Shown: one piece after another, positions 7,273 to 17,028 of the stretch | How the letters are laid out: each line of letters starts with the position of its first letter | Position numbering within the stretch: position 1 is the first letter of the stretch | Assembly: GCA_947628435.1 (NCBI GenBank) | Contig: CANQZW010000001.1 | Location: 12,013-76,012 of the forward strand | Reading direction: 5' to 3' | Length of the DNA stretch: 64,000 nt | Source of the DNA: an uncultured Bacilli bacterium | GTDB taxonomy: Bacteria > Bacillota_I > Bacilli_A > RF39 > UBA660 | Translations under genes and position numbers: made by a program | Notes under the pieces: generated by a model | The model's input: only the letters and a program-made list of their open reading frames with translations | What the model was told of the DNA's origin: nothing | Database searches by the model: none

Positions 7273-8463
7273 TTACATTTTTCTTTGATTATTTATTTCC
7301 TTGTTAACAAACGAACTTTGAAGTGTTTTTGCCTTTACAAATTCATTAACTAAATAATTTATATTCTTTATTATTTTATCTAGATTTTCATTTCCTAAAT
7401 AATTTGCATACATATTAATTATCATCTGTTTTAGCATCTCAGCCTCTCCCAAAACTCTAGATGTTCCGTCTTCATCATCACTAGAAAGAGCTAAATTAAA
7501 CCTATAATTAAGTATGTCTATTTTTTTCATAACATTTTTCATGGCTATTTTCTTTATAAATTCATCTTTAACAATAAGAATTTTATTAACTTTTTTATCT
7601 TTGTTTTTACCTTTTAATTTATATCCTTTAATTAGATTTGGCATAAAAAGAGTAATTGCTTTAATATCAGAATTTTTGGATAATTTATATACGTTAGTTT
7701 TTTCTTTTTCTTTAACCTTAGTAACCTTTATATTTTTAATATCATCAACATAAATCTTATTCTTTTTTTCATTAACACCATTTTTTTCAATTATAATCTT
7801 ATTTTTTAATAAATCTGGTCTTTTTTCATTAGTTACCTTTAATCTTTTTTCTTTACGCCATTTATCTATTTGTAAATGATTTCCATTTAATAATACTTCA
7901 GGTACTTTCATACCATTATAATTTCTAGGTTTAGTATATGTTGGATAATCAAGAAGATTATCATTGAATGATTCATTTTTAGAAGATTCTGTATTAATTA
8001 CTCCATCAATTAATCTAACGACCGAATCAGTAATTACCATTGCAGGTAATTCACCACCAGTTAAAACATAATCTCCAATTGATATTTCCTCATCACATAT
8101 ACTTCTTATTCGTTCATCAAATCCCTCATAATGACCACAAATTAATATTAAATGTTCTTCCTTTGATAATTCATATGCCTTTTTTTGATTAAATTTTTTT
8201 CCTTGTGGAGTTAGTAATATAACTTTAGAATTTTTCTTTTTAATACTATTTACAGCATCAAAGATAGGTTGACACATAAGTACCATACCACTACCACCAC
8301 CGTACGGTGTATCATCTACTTTTTTATGTTTGTTTTTTGAAAAATTTCTAAAATTAATAGTATTTATAGATACTTTTTTATCTTCTATTGCCCTTTTTAT
8401 AATTGATTCGTTCTTAAATCCATTAAACATATTCGGAAATAAAGTTAATATATCTATTTTCAT
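7273..8463 (-). CDS. trmD: tRNA (guanine37-N1)-methyltransferase TrmD with a ~160-aa Lys-rich C-terminal extension
   Basis: The first ~235 aa are a canonical TrmD (ILTLFPNMF, GYEGFDERI, VLTGGELPAMVITDSV). The ORF then continues as one frame to 396 aa. Confidence 0.85.
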   Translation of the reverse strand: MKIDILTLFPNMFNGFKNESIIKRAIEDKKVSINTINFRNFSKNKHKKVDDTPYGGGSGMVLMCQPIFDAVNSIKKKNSKVILLTPQGKKFNQKKAYELSKEEHLILICGHYEGFDERIRSICDEEISIGDYVLTGGELPAMVITDSVVRLIDGVINTESSKNESFNDNLLDYPTYTKPRNYNGMKVPEVLLNGNHLQIDKWRKEKRLKVTNEKRPDLLKNKIIIEKNGVNEKKNKIYVDDIKNIKVTKVKEKEKTNVYKLSKNSDIKAITLFMPNLIKGYKLKGKNKDKKVNKILIVKDEFIKKIAMKNVMKKIDILNYRFNLALSSDDEDGTSRVLGEAEMLKQMIINMYANYLGNENLDKIIKNINYLVNEFVKAKTLQSSFVNKEINNQRKM

Positions 8464-8945
8464 GATAATAGCCCTTTCACATCATTCACAATTATCTTCT
8501 TTTTATTAGTATCAATCTTATTAATAAAAGCTTTAACATAAGGTATCATAACTTTATTATCTAATACTAATACTTCATTTGCAGGCGTTGTTAAAACATC
8601 TTTAACAACACCAATTAATTTATCATTTATTATAACATTAAATCCAATTAAATCAACCGCTAAAAAAGTATTTTTATCTAATATTAAATCTTGTTTATTT
8701 ATATATACATAGCATCCTTTTAAATGTTCAACCTGATTAATATCATAATATCCTTTAAATACTAACATATCAAAATTTTTATGTTTTCTATAAGATTCTA
8801 TAACATATTCTTTTTTATCTTTTCCAATATATATTTTAAATCCTGGAATAAATATTTTATTTTTATACCTAAAGTTGCTAAGTAATCTTACCTCACCTTT
8901 TATTCCATGAGTATTGACTAATTTACCTATATAAAAAAACTCCAT
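8460..8945 (-). CDS. rimM: 16S rRNA processing protein RimM
   Basis: YIGKLVNTHGIKGEVRL... plus a PRC barrel. Its end overlaps the trmD start by 4 nt. Confidence 0.85.
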   Translation of the reverse strand: MEFFYIGKLVNTHGIKGEVRLLSNFRYKNKIFIPGFKIYIGKDKKEYVIESYRKHKNFDMLVFKGYYDINQVEHLKGCYVYINKQDLILDKNTFLAVDLIGFNVIINDKLIGVVKDVLTTPANEVLVLDNKVMIPYVKAFINKIDTNKKKIIVNDVKGLLS

Positions 8946-8998
8946 AAATACATCACCTATCTTATTATAACATCATATAAAATTAATACATAACAATT

Positions 8999-9718
8999 TT
9001 ACTTTAATTCATGCATTATTATCGAGGCTGCAACCGCAACATTCAAACTTTCACATTCATCATTTATTGGTATGTATATGTTTTTTGAAATGCAATTTTT
9101 TATTTCAGCTGAAATTCCATTTCCTTCACTACCCATTATTACTGCAATTTTTTTATCATCATGAACATTTTTAACATCTATTCCATTAGATACATCTGTT
9201 CCGTATATTTTATAACCATCATTTTTTAAAGATTTAATAAGGTTAGTTAAATCTTTAGTTACAACATTTGTTTTAAAAAGCATTCCTTGAGTTGCTCTTA
9301 TTACTTTTTCATTATATTTTTTTACACAAGACGAACTTAAAACAACGCTTGTAAACCCAAAAGCAACAGAACTTCTTATTATTGTTCCTAAATTACCTGG
9401 ATCTTGTATTCCATCTAAGATTATTACTTTATTACCTAATTCATTGTTTTCTTTTACATACCTACAAAGACCTATTATATTTGGAGTATTGCAAAGATTT
9501 GTTATACTTTTTAATACATTATTAGTTACAACAATATTTTCAACACCATAATCTTCATCATTTAAAGATAAAGTAAGATATAATAAACCTGCTTTTTTAG
9601 CTTCTTTAACAAGATGATCACCTTCTATTATAAATAGTTTTTGCTCCTGCGAAAACTTAGCGTTTTTAAGCTTTTTTATATACTTAATTCTTTCGTTGTT
9701 TACTGAGGTTATAATCAT
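8999..9718 (-). CDS. TrmH/SpoU-family RNA 2'-O-methyltransferase
   Basis: SpoU motifs VILDGIQDPGNLGTIIRSS and VIMGSEGNGIS. N-terminal L30e-like substrate-binding domain. Confidence 0.8.
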   Translation of the reverse strand: MIITSVNNERIKYIKKLKNAKFSQEQKLFIIEGDHLVKEAKKAGLLYLTLSLNDEDYGVENIVVTNNVLKSITNLCNTPNIIGLCRYVKENNELGNKVIILDGIQDPGNLGTIIRSSVAFGFTSVVLSSSCVKKYNEKVIRATQGMLFKTNVVTKDLTNLIKSLKNDGYKIYGTDVSNGIDVKNVHDDKKIAVIMGSEGNGISAEIKNCISKNIYIPINDECESLNVAVAASIIMHELK

Positions 9719-10353
9719 TATTTTAATTCCTTTCTAATTTCTTTATAATCCTTACAATATTTAGATACTAATTTCCAAAAATCCTTACCATGATTAAAAT
9801 GTACAAAATGAGATAATTCATGAATAATTACGTACTTTAAAAACTTACTATCCTTTCTTATTAATTCTAAGTTAAGTGTAATACAATTATTTTTACGGTT
9901 ACAAACTCCCCATCTTGTTTTCATTAATCTTATTTTAAGTGATGGATAAGGTATTTTTTCTTCAAACAAATAATATAATTCATCTAAATATTGTGCAAAT
10001 ATATTTTTAGCCATATTTTTATACCAATTTGAAAGCATTTTACTATCTTTTACAATTAAATTATCTCCGTCATAAAAAGGAGTTTTAACTGGTTTATATA
10101 TAATATTTATCTTTTTTGATAATAGTTTATTATCATCTTGTTTTTTAATCTCATTTTTTTTACTTTGTTTATCTATCATTTTATATATACTATTTATATT
10201 ATCTTCGATAACCTTATTAATCATTTTTTTTGTGTAAAAATATGGACAAGTTATTTTTATATTAAGATCCGTATCAACTTTGATATACAAATTTTTATTA
10301 TTTTTCTTAATTATGAAAACAGGATATTCTTTTTCGTTATATTTTATATGCAT
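9718..10353 (-). CDS. YgjP-like M48/DUF45 zinc metallohydrolase
   Basis: HELSHFVHFNHGKDFW motif. The likely start is MHIKYNEKEY. Confidence 0.65.
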   Translation of the reverse strand: MHIKYNEKEYPVFIIKKNNKNLYIKVDTDLNIKITCPYFYTKKMINKVIEDNINSIYKMIDKQSKKNEIKKQDDNKLLSKKINIIYKPVKTPFYDGDNLIVKDSKMLSNWYKNMAKNIFAQYLDELYYLFEEKIPYPSLKIRLMKTRWGVCNRKNNCITLNLELIRKDSKFLKYVIIHELSHFVHFNHGKDFWKLVSKYCKDYKEIRKELK

Positions 10354-10423
10354 AACATCACCATAGTGATATTTTAACACAAAAAAGAGATAAAAAACCA
10401 TTTATCTCCATATATTTTTTTAC

Positions 10424-13400
10424 TTAGAACAAAGATAACTGACTAGACTCAGGCATATCATTTAAAATACCCATCATTTTCATTTTATCGGTAATTGTTT
10501 GAGATACCTTAGCTCTAGCCTGAAAATCTTCAATACTAATAAAGTTTGATTTACTTCTTTCTTGCTCGATTTTATATGCAACTGTATCCCCTAGTCCATC
10601 AATTGAAGAAAAAGGTGGATATATTGACGTTTCATCTTTAACATTCCATGTTGTTGCTTTACTATTATAAAGTTCTATTGGTAAGAATTTAATTCCTCTT
10701 GCAGTTGCCTCAAGAGCAACTCTTAAGCTTTCTAGTTGACCTGTTTCCTTATTTGATGCTTCAAAACCTTTATTTTGTATTTCTAATATTTTTGCTTTTA
10801 TCGCATCATAACCTTTTATCATTACATCAACATCTACGTCTGTTGCTTTTGTTGAAAACCAAGATGCATAAAAATATACTGGCATATGAACTTTATACCA
10901 TGCTATTCTAAATGCGGAAATAACATAAGCAGCAGCATGAGCTTTTGGAAACATATACTTTATTTTTCCGCATGATGAAATAAACCAATCAGGTATATTT
11001 TTTTCGATCATAACCTTTTTATGTTCATTCCAAGTATCTGGATCTTTTGATGCTCTTCCTTTACGAACAAATTCCATTATTTTAAACGCTTTTATAGGCT
11101 CTACTCCCTTATACATTAAATAAACCATTATATCATCACGACAGCCTATTACGTCTTTAAAAGGAACTATATTATTCTTTATTAAATCTTGTGCATTACC
11201 GACCCAAACATCAGTACCATGCGATAGACCAGAAATTTTAATTAATTCTGCAAACGTAGTTGGTTTTGTTTCCGCTACCATACTAATGGTAAAATTCGTA
11301 CCAAATTCTGGTATTCCTAAGGTTCCAGTTTTACACATAATCTGTTCGTTTGTTACACCAAGTGCTTTAGTAGATGTAAAAATACTCATAGTTTGCTTAT
11401 CGTCTAATGGCACTTTTGTTATATCGGTTTTGGTTAAATCTTGAATCATTCTTAATTGTGTAGGATCTGAATGTCCTAATATATCTAATTTCAAAACACA
11501 TTCATCAATCGCATGATAATCAAAGTGAGTAGTTTTCCATACGCTTTTTTCATCGTCTGCTGGAAACTGAAATGGAGTAAAATCAAAAACTTCCATATAA
11601 TCAGGAATAACAACAATTCCACCCGGATGCTGACCAGTAGTTCTTTTAACACCCGTACAACCCATAGCAAGTCTTTCTACTTCTGCCGCACGTTTGTTTA
11701 TACCATTATCTTCTAAATAACCTTTTACGAAACCAAAAGCTGTTTTTTCTGCCACAGTACCTATCGTACCTGCTCTATACACGTTATCACTACCAAATAA
11801 AACTTTAGTATAAGAATGTGCTGATGCTTGATTTAATTCACTAAAATTAAGATCAATATCAGGTACTTTATCAGCATTAAAACCTAAGAAGGTTGCAAAA
11901 GGCATATCTTGACCATCCTTATACATGTTTTCATTACATTTTGGACATTTTTTATCAGGTAAATCAAATCCCGTAGAATATACACTTCCTAATGGTGTTT
12001 TATCATCAAAAGTAAAAATACTATGTTGACAATTTAAGCACCTGTAATGGGCTGGTAAAGGATTAACCTCAGTTATTCCCATCATAGTTGCAACAAAAGA
12101 TGAACCAACAGAACCACGTGAACCAACTAAATAGCCCTCATCATTTGAATGCTTAACCAATCTTTGGGCTATTAAATATATAGGATCAAATCCTCCACCA
12201 ATTATTCCTCCTAGTTCTTTATTTACTTTCTCATCTATTTGTTCATTACTAAGTTTTTCTTCTTCATTATCATTATTTTTCTCAAAATATTCTTTTAAAA
12301 GTTTTTTAACAGAGTCAAATCCTTTTATTATAACGTTATGTAAATAAGTAAACGTTTTATCCTTTAGGTCATCTTCAGCCATATTAGGATTATCATTTTT
12401 AACATTTTCATAACATACTTTATATACAATATTACCATAAAGTTCCATTGAAATACGTTCTTCTATATTATGAGGTAGTGGATTCCCATACCATTTAGCA
12501 GCTTTTTCATAAACTAAGTCAGTAACAACTCTTGGGCAATCAAGATAACACGTACCATCATCTGATTTTACTCTTGGAGAAAAAGGTATTCCATGAGTGT
12601 CAATAATAACCTCAATTTCATCTGTCATATCAAGTATTTTATTAGTATTTGTAACAACTATCTCATATGCTAAATCTTTATCTAAAAACGAAAAATTATC
12701 TAACATTTCATTAGTTGTTCTAAAGTGCTGTGATGGTATTTTCTTAATGTCTTTTTTTGCAAGAGGATGCCTTCCACCACCTGGCACTTTTTGATTAACA
12801 ATTATTTCACGATATATTCTATCTTCTTTTTTAAAATGATGAACATCGCCGGTTGCTACAATTATTTTACCTGCTTGCTTAGTTGAATCTATTATTTTGG
12901 TAATATGCTTTTTAAGTTCGGTTTCATTTTTAAAATCACCAAGTTGAATTAAGTGATCATACTCATCTGGTGGTTGGACCTCAACATAATCATAAAAATT
13001 AATTATGTTAGAAAGCTCTTCTTTTTCTTTACTTCTTGCTTCTATAAATACCTCTGATTCATAACATCCGCTGCCTATTAAAACACCTTCTCTTAACCTT
13101 TGAACCTCACTTCTTAATATCCTAGGCGTTTTATATAAGTACTTTGTATTTGCAAGCGATATCATTTTAAATATATTTTTAAGACCCGTTTTATTTACCG
13201 CGATAGCATTAAAATGATATGTTCTTCCAAATTTATATATTTCTTGTTTTGAGACTAATTTATCAAGATCTTTAATTTTTTCATAATTTTGGGAAATAAG
13301 TTTTTGTAACATTTTATCAAAAACTAAAGCAGTACCCTTAGCATCGTAATCTGCTCTATGATGTGAATCCTCATCCCAAGGAACATTATACCTTTTAACT

Positions 13401-15028
13401 AATGCTGATAAACTATGCCTTGAATAACCTTGATCTAGCGCCCTAGATAATTCTAACGTATCTATTACCGTATTATTAAATTCCCCTAAATTATATTTTT
13501 TAATTGCCATCGTAAGAAAAGAAATATCAAACTTAGCGTTGTGGGCAACCATTGGTAAATCACCAACCCACTTTAAAAATTTATTAGTTACGGTTTTTTC
13601 ATCATCACAACCTTTTACCATTTCATCCGTTATGTAAGTTAACTCTGTTATCTTATCTGGTATGTGTCTTTTTGGATCAATTAATTCATCAAAAGTATCT
13701 ATTATTTGACCATCTTTTAATTTGACCGCACCAATTTCAATCATCTGATCACTACCACCAGCATTAAAACCAGTTGTTTCAGTATCAAATACAACGTATG
13801 TTGATTTTTTTAAACTATCATCAGTTGGTCTTATTACAATATCAATAGTATCATCAACAAGCGTTAACTCAGTTCCGTATAATCCTTTAAAATGCTTGCT
13901 TTTATCTTCAATTTGTTTGTTATGAGCCTTTATAATCCCATATGCTATTGGAAATGCTTGACACCCATTATGGTCCGTTATCGCAACACCACGATAACCC
14001 ATATTAATTGCATTAGTAACTAATTCACAAGTGTGTTTTCCTAAATCCAATTTAGTTAGTCCGTCCATTTGACTCATCATCGTATGAGCATGAAGCTCTA
14101 CTCTTTTTTCTTTAGCATCATCTTTTATAACAACGTCTTTAGAAGGTATTTTAACAACGTTTCTAAGGTTTAAAACCAAGTCCTTTGCATAAACATCTTG
14201 TTTAACATAACCATTTAACCTAAACCATCCAGACTTCATTTTTTTTGATAAATTTTTGTATAAGTCAGCATCTTTAGTAAAAATTTTAGCATATATACTA
14301 TCAGTATTATCACTTATTTTAAAGGTTAGTATTTTAAAGGCACTTTTGCTTGATTCAAACTCCTCAACTCCAAAAACATATGCCTCTACTGTTACATTTG
14401 ATTCTTCAGTAATAATATCTTTTATTTTGGTAATGTTACCTTTAACATCATCACCAAGTATTATTGGGCTTTCTTCTTTAGTTTCAATAGCTACCTTTTT
14501 TTGAACTTCTAATTTTAATTCTTCATTTATTCTTTTTGATTCTTCCTCATTAATATTAATCTTTATTTTAAGATTTCTAAAACCAAGTTTATTATAAAAA
14601 CTTAATATACTTTCCTCATGATTTTTAAAAATTGTTTGTTCTGCAATATTATCTAAGTCTACTAAAAGATTATTTTCTTTAACACTTATTTTTTTTTCTT
14701 TAAAAAGTTCTTTCATTGGTTTTGTTAAAGTACTATTATCTATTGCCTTATAAAAATATTTAACGGCATCATTATAATCAATAATTTTAGGTATAAATAT
14801 TGCTTTAATAGATTCCATGTCAGGAAAACCACTAGAAATATTATCATCAATAAAATCTAAAACATCATCACTAAGCATTTTTTCTATTTCTATTTCAAAA
14901 ACGCCATTTTTCCTAGATGAATCAAGTTTAAGTTTTAATATTTTCCCATTTTTAAAAAAATCGTAATACTCTTTAGGTAAACCAATTTTATCTAAAAATA
15001 ACTTAAGCTTATCATGCATCTTTATCAC
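10424..15028 (-). CDS. polC: DNA polymerase III PolC-type (Gram-positive replicative polymerase)
   Basis: 1534 aa. PHP domain (RVELHAHTMMSQMDG), DnaQ-like exonuclease (VVFDTETTGF...HNAKFDISFL, HRADYDA), Zn module (CLNCQH...CPKCN) and polymerase core. Confidence 0.97.
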   Translation of the reverse strand: MIKMHDKLKLFLDKIGLPKEYYDFFKNGKILKLKLDSSRKNGVFEIEIEKMLSDDVLDFIDDNISSGFPDMESIKAIFIPKIIDYNDAVKYFYKAIDNSTLTKPMKELFKEKKISVKENNLLVDLDNIAEQTIFKNHEESILSFYNKLGFRNLKIKININEEESKRINEELKLEVQKKVAIETKEESPIILGDDVKGNITKIKDIITEESNVTVEAYVFGVEEFESSKSAFKILTFKISDNTDSIYAKIFTKDADLYKNLSKKMKSGWFRLNGYVKQDVYAKDLVLNLRNVVKIPSKDVVIKDDAKEKRVELHAHTMMSQMDGLTKLDLGKHTCELVTNAINMGYRGVAITDHNGCQAFPIAYGIIKAHNKQIEDKSKHFKGLYGTELTLVDDTIDIVIRPTDDSLKKSTYVVFDTETTGFNAGGSDQMIEIGAVKLKDGQIIDTFDELIDPKRHIPDKITELTYITDEMVKGCDDEKTVTNKFLKWVGDLPMVAHNAKFDISFLTMAIKKYNLGEFNNTVIDTLELSRALDQGYSRHSLSALVKRYNVPWDEDSHHRADYDAKGTALVFDKMLQKLISQNYEKIKDLDKLVSKQEIYKFGRTYHFNAIAVNKTGLKNIFKMISLANTKYLYKTPRILRSEVQRLREGVLIGSGCYESEVFIEARSKEKEELSNIINFYDYVEVQPPDEYDHLIQLGDFKNETELKKHITKIIDSTKQAGKIIVATGDVHHFKKEDRIYREIIVNQKVPGGGRHPLAKKDIKKIPSQHFRTTNEMLDNFSFLDKDLAYEIVVTNTNKILDMTDEIEVIIDTHGIPFSPRVKSDDGTCYLDCPRVVTDLVYEKAAKWYGNPLPHNIEERISMELYGNIVYKVCYENVKNDNPNMAEDDLKDKTFTYLHNVIIKGFDSVKKLLKEYFEKNNDNEEEKLSNEQIDEKVNKELGGIIGGGFDPIYLIAQRLVKHSNDEGYLVGSRGSVGSSFVATMMGITEVNPLPAHYRCLNCQHSIFTFDDKTPLGSVYSTGFDLPDKKCPKCNENMYKDGQDMPFATFLGFNADKVPDIDLNFSELNQASAHSYTKVLFGSDNVYRAGTIGTVAEKTAFGFVKGYLEDNGINKRAAEVERLAMGCTGVKRTTGQHPGGIVVIPDYMEVFDFTPFQFPADDEKSVWKTTHFDYHAIDECVLKLDILGHSDPTQLRMIQDLTKTDITKVPLDDKQTMSIFTSTKALGVTNEQIMCKTGTLGIPEFGTNFTISMVAETKPTTFAELIKISGLSHGTDVWVGNAQDLIKNNIVPFKDVIGCRDDIMVYLMYKGVEPIKAFKIMEFVRKGRASKDPDTWNEHKKVMIEKNIPDWFISSCGKIKYMFPKAHAAAYVISAFRIAWYKVHMPVYFYASWFSTKATDVDVDVMIKGYDAIKAKILEIQNKGFEASNKETGQLESLRVALEATARGIKFLPIELYNSKATTWNVKDETSIYPPFSSIDGLGDTVAYKIEQERSKSNFISIEDFQARAKVSQTITDKMKMMGILNDMPESSQLSLF

Positions 15029-15087
15029 CTTACTTCGTTATTAATTATTATAACATTTTAATATTTTTTATTAAATACTTTCTAATT

Positions 15088-15118
15088 AAAAAAGCAACAT
15101 TTTTAGTTGCTTTTTATA
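15088..15118. terminator. bidirectional intrinsic terminator
   Basis: aaaaagcaac-atttttag-ttgcttttt, a hairpin flanked by an A-run and a T-run. Confidence 0.6.
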
Positions 15119-15152
15119 AAATAATCACTTATTATACAAAATAAACATTATA

Positions 15153-15995
15153 CTATTCTTTAATTAAATCTGATAAACCAACGATTTTATATCCCCTACT
15201 AATTATTGTATTTATCATTAAACTAAAAGTTGTATAATCGTATAAAGATGCATCATACGCAATCATTTGCCCTTTATCTAAACTATTTTTCAATTGAGAT
15301 ATACTAGGATTAATTACACTTGGTAATAAGCTATACATCTTCTTTTTAGAACATAGCTTTTTTTCTTCATCTTTTTTATTTTCAAATAAACAAAAATTAG
15401 CATCTTTTAAAGTAATACTTTCTATTAAATTATTTGTTGTATCAATAAAATTTTTTTGATATTTTTCATTAAAACCTAAATTATATATTTCACAATTTAA
15501 ATTAACCATAGAAAATGCCGAAGAAATATTTTGTTGTAAAAATTCTCCATCAATAAATATGTTTATTTTAATATTATTTTTAGCGACATACTTAAGTAAA
15601 GTATCTGCTGTATATGAATCTTTTACCTTAAAAATTAATGCTACGTTTTTCTTAGACGGATTTCCTTTTTTTATATAATAATCATAAGTCTTAGTAATAC
15701 TTTTTTTTGGAAGAGAATCGTTAAAAACAAGCATATTTTCATCAAAATGATTATTATTTTTCATATTTTTATATGATTCATCTTCATTAACAACGATTCC
15801 AGAATATCCTATTATCATTTCATCATTTTTTATTATTGGTTCAACACCTAAAGTATCATTTTTTGTTTTATAATTTAAAATTTCTTTCATTACAGGATCA
15901 TTTTTTCTAGCACTATCAAATACACTATCGGTATATATAAAACTAAGCACTAACAACATAAATAATCCCGCTAATTTAATAGCACTTTTAAACAT
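15153..15995 (-). CDS. secreted NodB-like (polysaccharide deacetylase fold) protein, possibly degenerate
   Basis: N-terminal signal or TM segment. The C-terminal GQMIAYDASLYDYTTFSLMINTIISRGYKIVGLSDL resembles the NodB C-terminus. The first catalytic motif is not clear. Confidence 0.4.
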   Translation of the reverse strand: MFKSAIKLAGLFMLLVLSFIYTDSVFDSARKNDPVMKEILNYKTKNDTLGVEPIIKNDEMIIGYSGIVVNEDESYKNMKNNNHFDENMLVFNDSLPKKSITKTYDYYIKKGNPSKKNVALIFKVKDSYTADTLLKYVAKNNIKINIFIDGEFLQQNISSAFSMVNLNCEIYNLGFNEKYQKNFIDTTNNLIESITLKDANFCLFENKKDEEKKLCSKKKMYSLLPSVINPSISQLKNSLDKGQMIAYDASLYDYTTFSLMINTIISRGYKIVGLSDLIKE

Positions 15996-16032
15996 ATAAA
16001 ATCACCTAATAAATGATATGTGTAGCATAAAA

Positions 16033-16060
16033 AAAAAGAACAATGTTCTTTTTAGTTAGT
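16033..16060. terminator. intrinsic terminator (bidirectional)
   Basis: aaaaaaaaagaacaatgttcttttt. Confidence 0.5.
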
Positions 16061-16069
16061 TATAAATAA

Positions 16070-17017
16070 TTAATAACTTTTTTCTGGTTTTAAAAAATAT
16101 GATGCGAAAACATAATAATTACCAGTTTTATCTTTTTTTATGTTCCAATTAGATAGTTTTATCTTTTCTAATTGCTGTTTATCTATATTATTTACAAACA
16201 CCTTAATTGTTACTTTGGTACTTTTATTTACACTCGGAATATTATAAATGCTTTGTCCAAAAAGATTATGATTATTACTTAAAGTTATTTCTTTTCCATC
16301 ATCATCGGTATATTTAACTAAAGCATCATAATTATAATTAGGAACGTTTAATATGAATTTTCTAGGATTATTTTTTGATGTAGATACGTTAATAACATCT
16401 TTTTTATTATCCGTCTCATTGATTTCTTTAATACTTATTGGACTATAATATCCTTTAACAGTAAATACCTTATATGCATGTTTTTCGTTTTGAACAGAAG
16501 AATCACTAAAGCTCCACTTTGGTGGTGCAAACGATTTATTTATTAAAGAACCGTTTAATATATATAAACATATTTTATAAGTTACATTTTTATTTTTTAA
16601 TGATTTTATTTTTATTTTAATAGAATTATTATTTAAAGCAAATTCTTTTTCTTCAAACACCTTCCATTTTTGACCAGATAACTCATATAGTACGTATTTA
16701 TATTTTCCAGAATAGCTTTTAACCGTATCAGATGGTTTAATTTCTATTATATAATCATTATTACTATCATAACTTTCTTTTACATAAAAACCATCTTCAT
16801 TTCCAATTACACCTTGCAATTTAGATGTTATTAAATTACTTAGATATTTTGATGGGGTTACACCTTCTAAAGAACACGTAAAACAAAAGCAAAATATAAA
16901 ACAAACTATTATGCAAACACTAACTAATATAATTGATTTTTTTACGGTAGTATCATCTGCTAACCTTGGTCTTCCAACCTTATTTTTTTCTTCTTTATTT
17001 TTAATAATTTCTTTCAC
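16070..17017 (-). CDS. single-pass membrane protein with N-terminal KVGRPRLAD motif (paralog family member 1)
   Basis: MKEIIKNKEEKNKVGRPRLADDTTVKKSIIL followed by a TM helix and a ~270-aa extracytoplasmic region. The same N-terminal motif occurs at 39583-39969 and 39985-41046. Confidence 0.5.
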   Translation of the reverse strand: MKEIIKNKEEKNKVGRPRLADDTTVKKSIILVSVCIIVCFIFCFCFTCSLEGVTPSKYLSNLITSKLQGVIGNEDGFYVKESYDSNNDYIIEIKPSDTVKSYSGKYKYVLYELSGQKWKVFEEKEFALNNNSIKIKIKSLKNKNVTYKICLYILNGSLINKSFAPPKWSFSDSSVQNEKHAYKVFTVKGYYSPISIKEINETDNKKDVINVSTSKNNPRKFILNVPNYNYDALVKYTDDDGKEITLSNNHNLFGQSIYNIPSVNKSTKVTIKVFVNNIDKQQLEKIKLSNWNIKKDKTGNYYVFASYFLKPEKSY

Positions 17018-17028
17018 AATAGCACCTT

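Noticed and set aside
10424-15028. Possible intein or insertion in polC, because 1534 aa is somewhat long
   Set aside because: Extra length is distributed across the protein, and Lys/Asn-rich linkers are typical of AT-rich genomes. No intein splice motifs were noticed. I regard it as a normal PolC.
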